DNA of 63,305 nucleotides, filler included, from Diploschistes diacapsis (taxonomy: Eukaryota), in NCBI GenBank assembly GCA_023645945.1. It is 13 parts of 13 records of this genome, joined end to end, with 100 filler letters (N's around TTAATTAATTAA, not from the genome) between each part and the next. Parts side by side here need not be neighbours in the genome. Positions count along the whole stretch, not along the records: positions 15,710 to 41,426 come from JALAIB010000202.1; positions 41,527 to 44,561 come from JALAIB010002020.1; positions 44,662 to 47,696 come from JALAIB010002021.1; positions 47,797 to 50,828 come from JALAIB010002022.1; 9 more parts are not named here. One strand, written 5' to 3'. The notes under the pieces were generated by a model. That model did no database searches and had not been told where the DNA came from. It worked only from the letters and a program-made list of their open reading frames with translations. Each line of letters starts with the position of its first letter. Positions within the stretch are counted from its first letter, which is position 1. The position numbers and the translations under genes are program-made. Below are positions 36,950-50,657 of this stretch, piece after piece.

Positions 36950-38210
36950 TAGCCTCCAATCTCGTTCCTGCACCGGGCGCCATGACTTTGGGCCTGCGAA
37001 CGCCGCTTACCCCATAGCCGGACTTTTCTAGCAAGGTTTCAACTTGCTTGGAATTTCGGTCAATACCCAGGCAACGGAGCCATCGTCATCATATCAGCTC
37101 TCGCCTGAAATCCCGAGACCTGTGTGTCGGGAAGCGCATTCTCGTCGAGCAATAAAACAGAAACGCCGCCCATTGCATCACGAATATGCTGCAGCATTAG
37201 TTTAACTTGTTTGTCCGGCCAATTATGAAGGATGGTGCGAAGGTAGTAGAGCTTGGCTCTCTTTGACGGGCTGCTCTTTGAAAAAGTCCATGGGCAAGCG
37301 CTGCACTCGATCGTCAAGCTTGAAATCTTGCTTGTCAACATCTGCCAGAACGTGAGGTTGGTCTTCGAGGACAAGGCGAGGTGTCAGTTCTGGATACTTG
37401 GCAACAAAAGCCGCCAGATCGTGGCTAACTTCACCTCCCATATCTACAAGGAACGAGCGTCCGGAATTTGCATTGTACTGCAGCAGGCGATCTTGAATCG
37501 GATGGGGATCGAGCCAGTGAGGTCGGCGCTCCATGCGTTGAACTTGCATATGAGTATTAAACGCTTCTTGTTCGCTTGGGTTGTAATGAAGCCATTCGAA
37601 ATACTGGTATTCGGTTTTGATCGAAACTTGAAAGGGGCGTCAAACCCATCGCTGGGATTCTTCCATTTTGTATGTCGGAGATATTGAGGAAGCTAAACCA
37701 AGGATTCGCTACAGTGCGTACTATAGAAAGAGTAGGTCAAGCTATCTCTAATTATCGCTCGAGGAACTTACGTATGGGACACGGACTTGGAGAGGGGGGA
37801 CATGTCTGATAATGCAGGTGTAGTTGGCACTGCAGCATATTCCCCTTCACCAGATTCCTGTACACGGTCTTTCAAGGTCAGCCATATTCTCACAGGCAGT
37901 TGATGCATGTTCTCCTACCAACCAGTACTGGGTCTGCGCCAGAAGGTTCGCAAAGCTCGGCGACAGTCTTTTTGCCGCCCTCTGCCAATGCGAGTTGGGT
38001 GGGCAGTTGCATGTGCATCGTATCCCTAGGAGTAATTAGCGTGGGAATAAATTCTCACAGCAGCATCGATAGGTGTCTCGATTTGTTTCCGTAGCTTCTC
38101 ATATACCATAAAGAACGCATTTCGTTCCTCGTCCTTTATGGCCCCCCTGCGTCGGCAGCGTAATCACTGCGTCGTTCAAAAGCCTTGGTGAGACCTGTAA
38201 TTGAAGACAT
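36950..38210 (-). pseudogene. O-methyltransferase (Methyltransf_2, secondary-metabolism type) pseudogene
   Basis: LVDMGGEVSHDL...RLVLEDQPHV...DFFKEQPVK / AKLYYLRTILHNWPD split by a frameshift near 37260; premature stop in LV*LPQYLRHTKWKNPSDG; GTAAGT...TAG intron at ~37720-37771. Confidence 0.82.
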
Positions 38211-41200
38211 TTCAACGGTAGGAAGAATAGTCAGAAGGACGGATAAATTATGCTAGGAGCGTGTGGAGAAGACGGTGATTTATGTCAGTTACCAGCGGGA
38301 GAACAATGAACACGCATACCTTAACATATCCTTGAGTACGCCCTCAAGCACGCCGAGGAAGCTGAGATTAGTATACTACTTTCCTAATAAGGCTACCTCC
38401 TCCTCCTCCGTGTCGATGCTGATATCATTTGTATCAGAGCAAGGCTCTGAAAGATTCACGGAGGCGGCATTGAAGAGCTGCTGGAAGCTCTCGGTTTTCA
38501 TCGGTTCACAGTTGTAGACTTCATCCGGGATACCTTCGCTCATTCTATGTGGGCACAGGAAGCGTTTTTCCTTATTCGGCAATCATTTTCACTACTCACC
38601 GTTGCCTTTTTTCTACAGCCGAAGTCTTTCTACTCTTTTTTTTTGCGCCCTCTATCCCAACTTTGAGGCCCCTGTACACGTGTCTCGCCACAATAAAGGC
38701 CCAGGCAGCGCGTATAAGCTGAAGGACTCTCCTTACTGACACGGCAAATGCGGAACGGTCGGTGGATTCCAAGAGGACGGATGTATGATCGTGAATAAGC
38801 CATGGCACAGATACATAGTATCTAGTGGAGTGCCCTGCTCCAGGGGGGGGGTTATCCTCAAAATCAGATCGGGATGTTCGATCCAGCAGACAAGATCGTA
38901 CGCTGTAAGGGCTGAAGATAGGCTGTATAAAAGGGTCAGGAATACGAGTCACGCTTTAGGACACGCAGTCTCTTGATTCGCCATATCAAAGCAGATGAAG
39001 AAAATAAGCGCAGTAGGGCGAGAGATGAAATAATATATAATGGCCACTTCAAATGCGATGGTGAAAGATTTCTGATGTCTTCAACGGTAGTAAAATCAGG
39101 AGTTCCACTATCTAAGCTGCCATGGAACTTGATGGTTGGAGGTATGCATTTTCAATAGCTGGTTGACTAAACTTGGGCTGGGCTCGTAGTGTTAAAGTAT
39201 AAAATCAGGTTTGTTAAGAAGCTTTTCAACCAGTCCGTCAACTTGTTAAGCTTTCTTTAACGAGCACCAACTTCACTCTTGAAAAGCCAGGGTTTTCGGA
39301 ATCCATTGCATTGCACGATCATCATTCAATCTGATTTCCAGTCTCCTCACTACTAACATTGACTTGGCCGTTCGTGGCCATCTGCCATTCTTCGAATGCT
39401 CCCAAGGCCTCAGAAACAACATCGTGGCCGTATAACCAAAGGCCTAAGCACCGGATTCGAAAGGGAATCCGCTATTCCTTCGGTCGGGCTCACCATGTTT
39501 GGACGGTTATGCGTGCCCAACGGATACATGACCATGTGAGCGCCGGGTCTAACCCACATGCGGAAGCTATACGGCGAGAGATCTCTCACCGTCGGCGCCC
39601 GATAAGTAAGTGGCTAGCTACGGCTTCGCCGCCACTAAGGTGGACGGTGGGGTTTGGAAAATCAATGCTCGCGACGGCGCAGCCCAGACGGATAGCAATA
39701 CCGAGCTTCGAGGCCTGGTGCAGCAGGAACGTCTGGAGATCTGGCATGGTGAGTGACCACGTAGGGGGTTGGAGTATGCGTCTTGAAAGACTGGATGGAG
39801 TTTCTTGGCCGAGAGCGAAGCGCCTGTGGCCCAGGAACGCATCTCGGCCACAGCAGGCTCGATGCGGACACCTTCCAGTTGCGGAAGGAGTCCCCAGTAG
39901 CGGAATACTTTCGTGGCATGGGAAGAAAGACTGATGCCTGCCCCAATTTAACCTGGTAAGTATACAATAAAAGTAAAGAGAGAAAGCTTATGTGGGATTT
40001 TCAAAAACCGTTGTATACTATATGGGATGGTCTTACATAAACTCCAAAAATCAATCCATGAAAACCACCTGGCTTTGATATTATGCTATCGACTCTATCA
40101 CTGGTTGGTAGGGTAGGGAACGAGTGGAATTGGAGACCTACTCTTTTCAGCCGGAGTGCTTTTTCAAGAATAGTTACCGTGTGACTTCTCTCCGGATACC
40201 TATTGCTGCTGCAAGGCCTGAAAGACCTGCACCAACAATGGTTGCTCGAATTGATGGCCCCGTTCTGGAATCTTGCATGCCATAGGAATGTGGCCGTCCA
40301 GCTCGTAGCTGGAAGAGAGCTGCTTCATTTTATGTGACACTGGGCATCACTGTAGGGATGTGGATGAACCCGCATATACAAAACGACCTCGGTACACAAC
40401 GAAAAGCACCCTGACAACTCAAGCCATGATAGCATGCCGTGCAAACCGTGCAATAATTTTCCATTCAACAGCCATGGACACGGACCGGACCAACTCGTAA
40501 GGTATGCTGGCCCGAATGTCTGGATGGGTGGAAGTCAGTTTTCGGATTGATAGACTTATTAGCCGCCTGTAGCCGATGGCCTAGCAGCTGAGCCTGGTAA
40601 GAAGCGTGGCAGTGAAGTCGCAAGCGCTGCTCATGGCCTGGAATGATATCAGAATACTCGGCCAGTCTCAGTCATTTCCAACAACACTCCTTCTTCCGAC
40701 CCGTCCAAGCTATGGACGCGTTCTCGCTCTTTTTTCTGCATTATTAGTCTCCGTCTTCTTGGGATAGAAAACGGAGCGTAAGGGGCTTCAATGGTTAGCA
40801 CCGATTCTTGGAAACCTTTTGCAGCTTTTTCCGAGCGCGGGACTCGGGCAAGCTTGTCCCCTGTGCAATACCTTACTTATCCCGGCACTCTCATGCCCCG
40901 ATGGGTATACTGGTCTTGCAACTGTAGCTTATATCGTTGCGCCAACACGGGGATATGACAACCATGCAACTGGGATCCCAGACCCGGGTCGTTGTTGAGT
41001 AACGACCCGGTCACTGCCGAGATCGTGAACAAGCACGGACGGATTACCCATGAAGGGGCCTATATGCCCGTCGCGAGCGGTTTTTGTTGGAGACAAGACG
41101 AGAACAGCGACACGCCAAAGCGGGTGCGTGGACGGAAGGGCGAGCGGTTGACCGGGACCACGGCAGAGATAAAACGAGTTTCGTCTGGTTGCGAAAAGAG

Positions 41201-44200
41201 TGCGTAGGGAGCGTAAAATCGTGGCGACAGCGTTCCTTGGTAAGGGGCCACGCTTCTGCATCCCGACATCAAATAGAGAGAGGCAATGACGAAGCAGCTA
41301 TGTATTTTGGCTACGTCTATCATCATCGTTTTCCCGGGCAAGCAAAGGCACGAGCTTTGTGACTAACATCATGCATGGTGGTGCCTGGGGTCTTTCGGGG
41401 AAGGACGTCTACTCCCCCCCCCCCCCNNNNNNNNNNNNNNNNNNNNNNNNNNNNNNNNNNNNNNNNNNNNTTAATTAATTAANNNNNNNNNNNNNNNNNN
41501 NNNNNNNNNNNNNNNNNNNNNNNNNNACAGCTTCTCACCCACCCCAGCACCCCCAGCGCCAGCAGCGGCACCAGACACACGAGCAACAGGAACGGGGCCA
41601 GCATGCACCAGCTCTTCGACGACGAGAGGGTCGGGCGCCGGGCTTCAAAGGGTTTAAAAAAGGAGATAACATATACTAAGGTAGAAAGGCGGAGGGGCTA
41701 TGAGGCCGGGAAGTGTGGCTTGGGAAGAGGGTTGTGGAAACAATATTGTATCACCGGTTGGAGGTTATGAAGGTGTGGTCTCGCATATACCTATATACCT
41801 ATATATATATATATATATATCAGTCTAGTTAAGTACTGGCATAATCCAGCATTGTTGGTCTTTTGGCTATGTGGCCTGGCGGTACTAAACTGGCGCTTTG
41901 TCATATCACAGGGGAAAACTGCCGGAGCATCTTGCGCCTATTCGGTTTCATAGGCGGAAAGTCGGAGGAATGAAACAAGATGAACTATGCGGCAACTTTG
42001 GATATATCAGAAAAGTGTATGAAGCTTTCGTACTAGCTACATCAGAAGCCCAACAATGTCTAAGGTACTTCATACGCTTCCTTTTTCCATATTTACCCCC
42101 ATTATGGCGCGAGCCCTTACCTAGCCTACTTATTCTGGCATGCAGCCTGCCTCTCTTTCTTTCAAGTACGTTCAGTACCAATGACCATGTGAATTTGAAC
42201 GTCAATTATGGTATTTTTGCCAATCCATCTTCAATGTGCGACCGAGTTTAGATACTGGGTATCTACTTGATGCGTCGGTCAGCCCTGGCCAGGTTGCCTA
42301 CGATATAGCGGGTGCTGGCTCGGTGGCGTTGAGATTCTAGGTTAGTATCTCTATGGAGGTATATTATGCCTGAAGAGTTTGGAACACACTTCTTGTACAT
42401 GGATCTACTGGAGTATGGTTATGAGGGCTACAATGAAGCTTTAGTGCCACCTGATTGGACCATATATGGCTGCGGCACTCAAGCATGGAGTAAGTGTTTC
42501 TGGTTGCAGCACCCTCTAATCATTGACACACCGAACGAAGCAAGATCCTAGAGCAGTCCATTCTCCGCTGCTGGCGTTGAGACCCCGGCTCCGTGATTTG
42601 ACCCAAGAGCGAAATCAACAATGAGGGCATTGCTTTCCGCGGATTGAAGAGCATGCCTTGCGCATCCCCTACCAATGAGGTTGGCAATGCCTTTATAAAG
42701 CTTCTCAAAACTCGACATTGGTTGTGTCCCCTAATGGCACGTACCGCGGCGTGTTCCTAGGCTAGGGCAAAGGATCTTTCGTCTCCGCTTCTGTTGGTCT
42801 AGTGATAAGCACCTTCAATGAATACTGTCACTGTCAACAACTTTCACACGCTCGAAACGCAATGTGCCCTTGTCAGCCCGCTCAAAGCCAGCAAATTGCA
42901 AGACATTACAAATGAGGTGTACTCGTATGGCAGTGTCAACTTCCAGGCTTAGGCTAGCAAACAGACAGACAGCAAAATGGACACTCTTCGCCTCCTACCT
43001 AGTGCATTCAAAGTTTCGAGAGTGTGCTTCACTCAGGCAGGTCAACACCGCTGTTGAGCAATCACCAGTTACGGACTACGTGCAGAATGGCTCATGGGTG
43101 GTGGGCCAATACCCTGCTGATGGTGCGCGGCTAGTCATTGATTTCCAAGAGACCAAATTGCCGATGGCAGCATTACGAAGGAGATGCTTGCGAGCGTTGG
43201 CGCTTATCTTTGGAAGACAGTTAAGCGTTTCATCCAAGCCTTCCACGTCTTCTGGACTCCCGAGCAACAAATATACGTTCCTCGCCAACGGTGGCTACAG
43301 TATCAATCAATACATACCCTTCTTGTTCCACAGCCAGAAACAATCTGGAACTCAGCCCTGATATATTACGGACAATGGCGCCAGTTATATTTTCGATTAC
43401 CGCCAGACGATCACGGAATTCAATGCTGAGCATTAGAAATTCGGACTGATTGGGCAAACTCGCTTAGGCTGCAGTTCTCCGCACAGTTCGTGTACATTTT
43501 ACCATTGGATTTGGTACAGAACATGCCTTTGGTCAACGGTCCTGAGATTGAGAGTCTATCATCCACATCGTTCTATGTCAACACGACCCTGAGCGAGATT
43601 CTGTCTCTATCAAAACTTCCACCAAGTAGGATACGATGGTCTTGCACAAGCAACGCTGTTGTTGGGGATCACTCCGCGAGCAAGCATCTACGCAAAACTC
43701 AACGTGGTATCCCGATATGGCGGGGAAATGCTTCCTCAGGTTCTTATTATGTATTCCTGTAAAACAACGCTACCGGTCTTCAGTTGGGTTCTGACTGTTC
43801 CCTCCGCAATGTAACCTTTGAGATGTCAGGAACGCCATGTTTTTACGATGCTTGAACGGGAGAAACTTCTTCGGTAGCAGTCTATAGCAAGTCCTGCCAA
43901 CACGACAACTGTGCCTTTGCAACTTGTGGGTAATCAAACGGTCTTAAGGCGCTGAGGATTGATGGGGCTGGAGGAGGGGAGAAGGTGGTGTTGGAGCCAG
44001 GGGTTGAAGAAGGGTCGGAAGACGTAACTAAGAAGCTGCTGCCGTTCCCTGATGGGTGTTGATGAGCTGTCGAGTTGAGGTGGGCTGGTACGTTACTGCT
44101 GTTCGCAAAGCCGATTATCTCCGAAGATAGAAGCCTACACGGCGCCCTCTAACATCTCCGACAGCGCCTCAATTGCCACCAAAACAGACACAGCCTAATC

Positions 44201-45212
44201 CCTCCCATCCATCATGCCCTGGTCCTCTATATCCCCTTCCCTCCAGAGCGCCACAGGCCGAGGTTACTGCGCCACAAACTTCATCCGGCCGCCGTCCACG
44301 TCAAACTCCTCCTACTCATCCTCAGCATTCCCATCCGGCGCGTTCCTTTCTCTCGGCCCCCCACATTCCATGTCGCCCGCGGGGCTCATCAACGGGCAGC
44401 AGCCCCCCTCCCCCCTTTGGACGTCGTACGTGACGCACGCGTTACGCGGACAAGGGGCCCGTACCTGATCCAGGGAACGAACGAAGTAGAGATCATGGTT
44501 AGCGACGCCGGCGCCTGCGCCGGACAACGCGCTGAGACCGATCCGCGGGCCTTCGCAGGCGNNNNNNNNNNNNNNNNNNNNNNNNNNNNNNNNNNNNNNN
44601 NNNNNTTAATTAATTAANNNNNNNNNNNNNNNNNNNNNNNNNNNNNNNNNNNNNNNNNNNNAGACAGATAATATTCATAATGATAGTATTTATAAACTGA
44701 TCTTTAGAAAAGAAAAGAAAAGATTTCTTCTAAAAATCCCTCTTATGCGGGCCCGCGGCCTTGGCGCGGCACTAGGGCTGAGATCCTCCGCTTCCAGCGG
44801 ACTGTCACAGGTATCTGTTACACCTGGAATGAAGAATTTGAATATTTGGGAGGTGGTAGCAGTGTGCATCGAACTCACAACCTTCTGTTATTATAAAGAT
44901 AGATCATCCAGTAGTCGTCTTCACTATCCGACCATGCCGCCATAGTCGAAATTATATTTAAATATCTTTCTCCTTTAATCGAAACGCAACGTTACGCTCG
45001 GCGATAACGACGACGAGTTTCTTTCGATCGTAAAGGAATTCGGCAATATTAAAGAAAGCGGCCTATACGCGACGATTAATAGAGCTCTAAAGGGACGAAG
45101 CAGACGAGACCTCCTTATTATACCCAAAGTTTGCGTCAGCAACATAAAAAGCTCGAAGTAAAGCTTCAAACGCTTGAAAAATGCTTCAAAATTAGTATGA
45201 GAGAACTGACTA

Positions 45213-45421
45213 ACGTGTTTCACCAGGAAACGGGTCACACCACGAAGCGGGTCACAATCCCTGCACCTTCGTAAAATGTATTTCTTAAAGGCCGAAGAAC
45301 GGGGTAGTGTAGTTGAAAACAGATTTAGTTTCGTACAAATATGGAAGCGCTCGATCTAGGCAATTACATTATAATGTAGTGTTCCGCTTAGTGGTGTGTT
45401 CCGTTGTGTTGTGGAACACGT
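45213..45421. mobile_element. MITE, 209 bp, pogo/Fot1-type imperfect ~44-bp TIRs, TA target duplication
   Basis: Left TA-ACGTGTTTCACCAGGAAACGGGTCACACCACGAAGCGG versus reverse complement of the right end TA-ACGTGTTCCACAACACAACGGAACACACCACTAAGCGG; TA at 45211-45212 and 45422-45423. Confidence 0.8.
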
Positions 45422-45808
45422 TATTATTTCCTAAAAAATGCCAAGACGCCAAGACAATTCTATTAACTTTTGTAACGTATTATAGTGTAGCGTCATACTA
45501 ATCGGCGTTAACTTCTGTTCTGGGGATTAACTTTATAAATACTATTTCCGTCACGTTGGGCCGTGGGATTTCGTGAATCTACTCCACACAAGGCCCGTTC
45601 TCGCTATGATATTCCCAGCAGATGAATTAACAATACTTATTTCCGCTTAAGATCATCCATGCACCGAAAGACTTCGTGCCTTTGTGTCTTTTGTGACTCT
45701 GATTGTGTTGCTATTCGGCCATACATTTTGGCTACGGCACCAAGGACTTTTTAGGTTCGTTGCGCGGTGAAGGGCTTTCACTCTCCTTACCGTGTCGTGA
45801 GATCCACA

Positions 45809-46884
45809 ATGGGCGAATCACGGTATGACTCCGGCATGACTATTGGGCAAAGGGCCGTGAAACCAACGGCATCAATAGTCAGGAACTTCTAGCGTGGCTC
45901 AACAATCTCTTGCAGCTCAATATCACCAAGGTTGAACAATGCGGAACCGGGTACGTTGTTTCCAGTCATGCCTAGAAGTGGAATCCCAGTGGTTTCTACC
46001 TCCCTTAAGTTCTGTAACAATGGTTCATTTACAAGTCTTATAGCGCGGCTCTGTGTCAAGTCTATGACAGTATCTTCCGTATGTCAGCTTTGCGACGAGC
46101 GGCACCTAGAATGTGCGCCGAGCTGATCTACAAAAGAGGACTTACCTATGTCGAAAGTCAAATTCAATGTCAATACGGAGTATCTGTACCTACAGAACTT
46201 CAAAGTCCTGCAGAGTGAGTGTAACAATGCACTCAGTATTCCCCTGCTTCAGGTCTAATTCTTTAGATACATTTACGCGTCATAACATTGACCGCCCAAT
46301 TCCAGTCGAGGCCCTAATCAAGTGCAAGATGCAGGATAACCTTGAGTTCTTGCAGTGGACTAAACGCTTTTGGGACCAGTACTTTCCCGGTGGCGAATAC
46401 GATGCAATCGCGAGAAGAAAGGGTTCTGGTGCTCCATCTGCCACTGGACCTTCAGCTGGAACTCATGTGGCGGCCGCCCGCACACCCGCTACTAGTGTGG
46501 TCAGACGAGGGGTCACACCAACGACTACAGGTGCCAAGCCCAAAGGCACCGGAGTCGGTCCTGCCTCAGCAGCATTGGTGAATGAGAACTCGCAATTGAA
46601 AGAAACAGTCGCTGGGCTGGAGAGAGAGCGCGACTTCTACTTCTCGAAGTTGCGGGACATTGAGCTGCTAGTGCAGCAGGCTATGGAAGCAAATGCCGAT
46701 CTAGAAAAGGACGGCGGCAGCTTAGAGAAGCAGATCCAAAATATTCTTTATTCAACAGAGGTACAGAAACGAGCACTGTCCAGATTTTTGTTCTCGCTTA
46801 TCCACTGACTCAAATTAGGAAGGCTTTGAAATACCGGACCAGGAGGGTGAAGGGGTTCAAGGAGAAGACCTAGAAACATTTTGA
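45809..46884 (+). CDS. BIM1: EB1-family microtubule plus-end binding protein; introns 45823-45878, 45951-46043, 46079-46136, 46215-46266, 46761-46818
   Basis: Spliced MGESRQELLAWLNNLLQLNITKVEQCGTGAALCQVYDSIF...KCKMQDNLEFLQWTKRFWD...LERERDFYFSKLRDIE...ILYSTEEGFEIP...ETF*. Confidence 0.96.
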
Positions 46885-47796
46885 TACGAAGGCATTCTTT
46901 CCTTTAAAGAACGTCTGTAATGTTGGAGGTAAAACCATATTTGGTTCAGTTGTTACTGAGAGACCAGCATAGGCGAGACTAAGGTTATTGCAAATTGCTA
47001 TTAAGACCTAACATGCAGGAAAGCACGACAACTGACAGCTTATGTATGACCATCGAGAAGCAAAACAATCGCTGTAGAACGTGCTATTATTGAAGACACG
47101 CGGTCTTCTGCAACCGCTGTCTGGATGTCTGCTCTGAAAATATGCCTATTTAGCCCTTTCTATAGAGCAACGTCATCGCCTACCGAAGAAGATTAAGAGT
47201 CAATGGGTGTTCAACACAAAATATAAAGGCTGATGCTTAGCTTCCTGTCATTCAAGACATTACTACATTTTTATTAGAGCAAAGCTTGATCCTACAAACA
47301 TAGATAACTGATAAACTCCTATCTGATCTACGTTGATCTATACTTAAAACAGACTCACATGGAAATAAAACATGACATATATTAAAAATAGGTGCGTAGG
47401 TTCCTAATGTAATGGCGGGGCATATATTCTGGGCTAATCTTTACTAGGAATTGATTTCTAGTTTATTTGATTAATTATTATTTAGTGATACTTTTGTTAT
47501 TATTTACCAGGGTATCACTTTATATAAATTGGTCTAGTTAAAGAATAAGTTTTTAAGAGAATCTGGAAGGTTCTAGAAGGTTCTAAATTGATTTAAAATA
47601 TAATAAGATATTATGGACGATCTTATTAAGAATAAAAAGATTACAAGATGTTTAATAAGGATTCCGGCGATTCTTAGATCCGTATAATTTAAATCCNNNN
47701 NNNNNNNNNNNNNNNNNNNNNNNNNNNNNNNNNNNNNNNNTTAATTAATTAANNNNNNNNNNNNNNNNNNNNNNNNNNNNNNNNNNNNNNNNNNNN

Positions 47797-48284
47797 CTTC
47801 TCCCTTTCCTCTCGGTCTCTCTTCCTTCTACTGAACCACTTCACTCCCCTCTCGACTGCCTTGCGTCAAACCACCCGCCACCAGAAAGGCAGAAAAAGTA
47901 TCCTGGAAAACATCCCTCAAGTAAAGAGAAAGAACCACCAAAAAAAATCACCAAAAAAATCAAAGGGAAAAAAAAAAAAGAAACCAACCTCTTCCGCTTC
48001 CCCATCGCCCTCAACCCCTCCACCGCGCCCGAAATCGTCCCATCCGCGCCCTCCTCCAGTGACTCCCATGTGCGCGATACCTCGAACCCAGCCGCTCTCT
48101 TGCTTCTACCGCTCGTGCCGTTCCTTCCATTTCTCTCGTTCCCTCCTCGGAAGCGGCCGTTGGTGCGATCACTGGTGCGGGTGTTGTGTGGGTTGGACCT
48201 TGAACCGCCGACAGCAGGCGCACCTAATCCCTCATCGGAGGAGGAGTGGATGTAGTCGCCGTCGGAGGAGGAGGGGGGAGCCAT
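47797..48284 (-). CDS. SSL1: TFIIH p44 subunit, first exon (48284-47989) plus part of an intron, truncated at contig end
   Basis: M..SDGDYI...FEVSRTWESLEEGADGTISGAVEGLRAMGKRKR matches the N-terminus of Pezizomycotina Ssl1; GTTGGT donor at 47988. Confidence 0.78.
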
Positions 48285-49007
48285 CTCGACTGAGGTGGGA
48301 AAGAGTTTGGGGAGATTGCAGGGAAGTGGGGGGAGAGATGGATGAATGTGAGGAGAGGGATCGGTGGCAAGGGATAAATAAGATAGGACGGTGATGGAGG
48401 TCAGAGGTGAGGAGAATGCGTGGAGGGATTCAATATGGGCCCTCTGGGCGTCGGGAGTTGCAACTCTCAAGTCATTTCACCGGGGGGATGGGTCAAACCA
48501 GCCGGGTGAGAAGGGAACTGTGGTAGGTTAATGGAAGGCAAGTGGTTTATATCCCAGATCAAGTTCTGGAAAAAAAAACACTCTGAAGTGAAGCATGGGC
48601 AGGGGGACAAGGAAGCTTGATTGTGGGCTCACCCATAAAAATTGAAGGTTAAGCACCTCCACTGGGTACGAGATACTAATCAAATGGAGGGAGGAGGCCC
48701 GTTTGAGATACTTAATTGAGATTGAATGGGTACTATCTAGCTGGGTATAAAGCGTGTACAATCCGTGTTCCACCACACACCGTCCCCCACTGCCCTTTTT
48801 TCTTCACGTGGATAAGTCAAGATATCTTCCACATGCACACCCAGACCCTTGACTAGATTCTGGCTCAAAAACCTAGGCCTTGCGAAGCAAAAGGCTAGTG
48901 TATACTCATATGCTACATCTCATATGCTCGGCGACGCGCTCCAAAAAGAAACTGCATAAATCATGAGATTAAATATTAAATTGCTTTTCGACCCAAAATC
49001 CTCGAGG

Positions 49008-50238
49008 TCACGTGTAGGTGCCGCCGGCCGTGGGCATGGGCCAATCGTCTTCTGTGATACTAGACCAGAATATCCAAATCGTCACGACGGAGCAGAGAGT
49101 GAACAGAGTCTCGAACAGGGTGCCGTTGATTTTGCCGCTTGTGCCGTTGCAGATGTAAGGGCTGATAACGTATTGGAAGATTTGGCCGAGGGCGAAAAGC
49201 ACGGCGGCTGCGAGGAGGTAGACTGGTGAAGAGTGAGCACAATCGGCCAGCAAGGAGCACATCCACTTACGCATCGGCTTCCGCTCGCCAAGGACTCGGA
49301 GAACAAGAATCGTTTCGAGAACGAAGAACACGGCAAGGCAGACGAGGGGAAATAGTTGGTAGAGTACGTACAGACCGATATTCTGGTTGTTAGGTCCATC
49401 GAGACTCGGGTTGAAGTGGCCTGTCCAACTGAAAGCAGTGTCGAGAGCGATGTAACCGGTGCCAACGAAGACGGCGGCAGCAGAGACCAAGATCGCACCG
49501 AGCGAAAGAGCTGTGCCATCATCAAGCAACTGGTAACCGACGACGCTGTTGAGGAGGAGGATCCATGTTGTCGCTGCGATCGCTGCAAGATGAACCGCGG
49601 TGAAACCCTGAAACCATCAGTTCGAGCAGGTGGGGAAGAGCAAGATTCCCACGCACAGCTACCACATTGTACTGTAACGGAAGGCCGCCGACAGTAAAGA
49701 TTTCGCATATCTCTACGATGATGAAGGCTACAAGGAACAGTTGTATCTCTCTGTCCTTCATCAGTACTCTTCCTGTCTTTGCAGCGCTTCACCGTACCTT
49801 CGTCCAACGGCAGCCTTTTTCTTTTCTGACTGTAATATTAAGAAGAGGGAAGTGATGATGGCGAGGGCAGCTATTAGGATCGAACCTAAATAGAGTCAGT
49901 AACCCAATCAAGAACTACGCCGGCATCCAGCGCACCCAAGTTCCTCAAATATCGTCCATTCGACAGAGGTATTCCAGTCAGCTCGCACCCTCCAAAGCCA
50001 TCTGCGTTATTGTTCCGGTACGGCGATTCGCGGAAGATCTGGTACATGTTAATTGTTGTTTCAACAACATCCGCCAACGCGGGAGGGGTGCTCGCGGAGG
50101 TTGTTTCGCATAAACATACATTGCAGATTGGGAGTGTGGTAGCTTCGCAGAAGTTCTAAACCGTACAGTCAGCAAGTATGATACTATCGCAATGCTGAAT
50201 TGACGTACGTGAAAGTCTCCAAACTGTGTTGAGCCCAT
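49008..50238 (-). CDS. Chs7-family chitin synthase export chaperone-like multipass membrane protein; six short introns (e.g. 50208-50156, 50119-50039, 49935-49886)
   Basis: MGSTQFGDFH|NFCEATTLPICN..., AVGRREIQLFL, ICEIFTVGG, VGYQLLDDGTALS, ICNGTSGKINGTLFETLFTL, FWSSITEDDWP. Confidence 0.9.
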
Positions 50239-50570
50239 TGTTGCAGCACTCGACAGCGAAGGCCTATAATTGCTTGTAAAGGCCTTCGCCGCGAGGCTAT
50301 ACCTGCAAAGCTTGCACCTTGCGCGACGAGTATCGAGTATATGAGCCTATATCGTATCGTGGGATGCAATAACCTTTGCGAGTCTCAACGACGTCTTAGC
50401 AATGGAATTGTCGGTGCGGTGCAGTGCAATGGGTGGACGGTTGAGACTGGATAGGAAAAAACAAGGACGACTGATGTAGTGGCAGTGGCAGTGGTGTGGG
50501 ATGATGCACAGGAGGGAGATGAGCTGGCCGGCTGGGTGACTGGTTGCCTGGTTGATTGGTTTGAACTTTC

Positions 50571-50657
50571 GTTGAGTTGAGTTGAGTTACTGGGAAAGGA
50601 AAGAAGGTAAAGCGGTAAAGCGAGTATTGTAATTGTATTGTAATTGTATTGTAATTG
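50571..50657 (+). repeat. Short microsatellites (GTTGA)n and (GTATTGTAATT)x3
   Basis: Directly visible tandem units upstream of the Chs7-like gene. Confidence 0.85.

Noticed and set aside
39850..39900. LGHSRLDADTFQ as a Starship tyrosine-recombinase motif
   Set aside because: One short resemblance with no other DUF3435 motifs and no long ORF.
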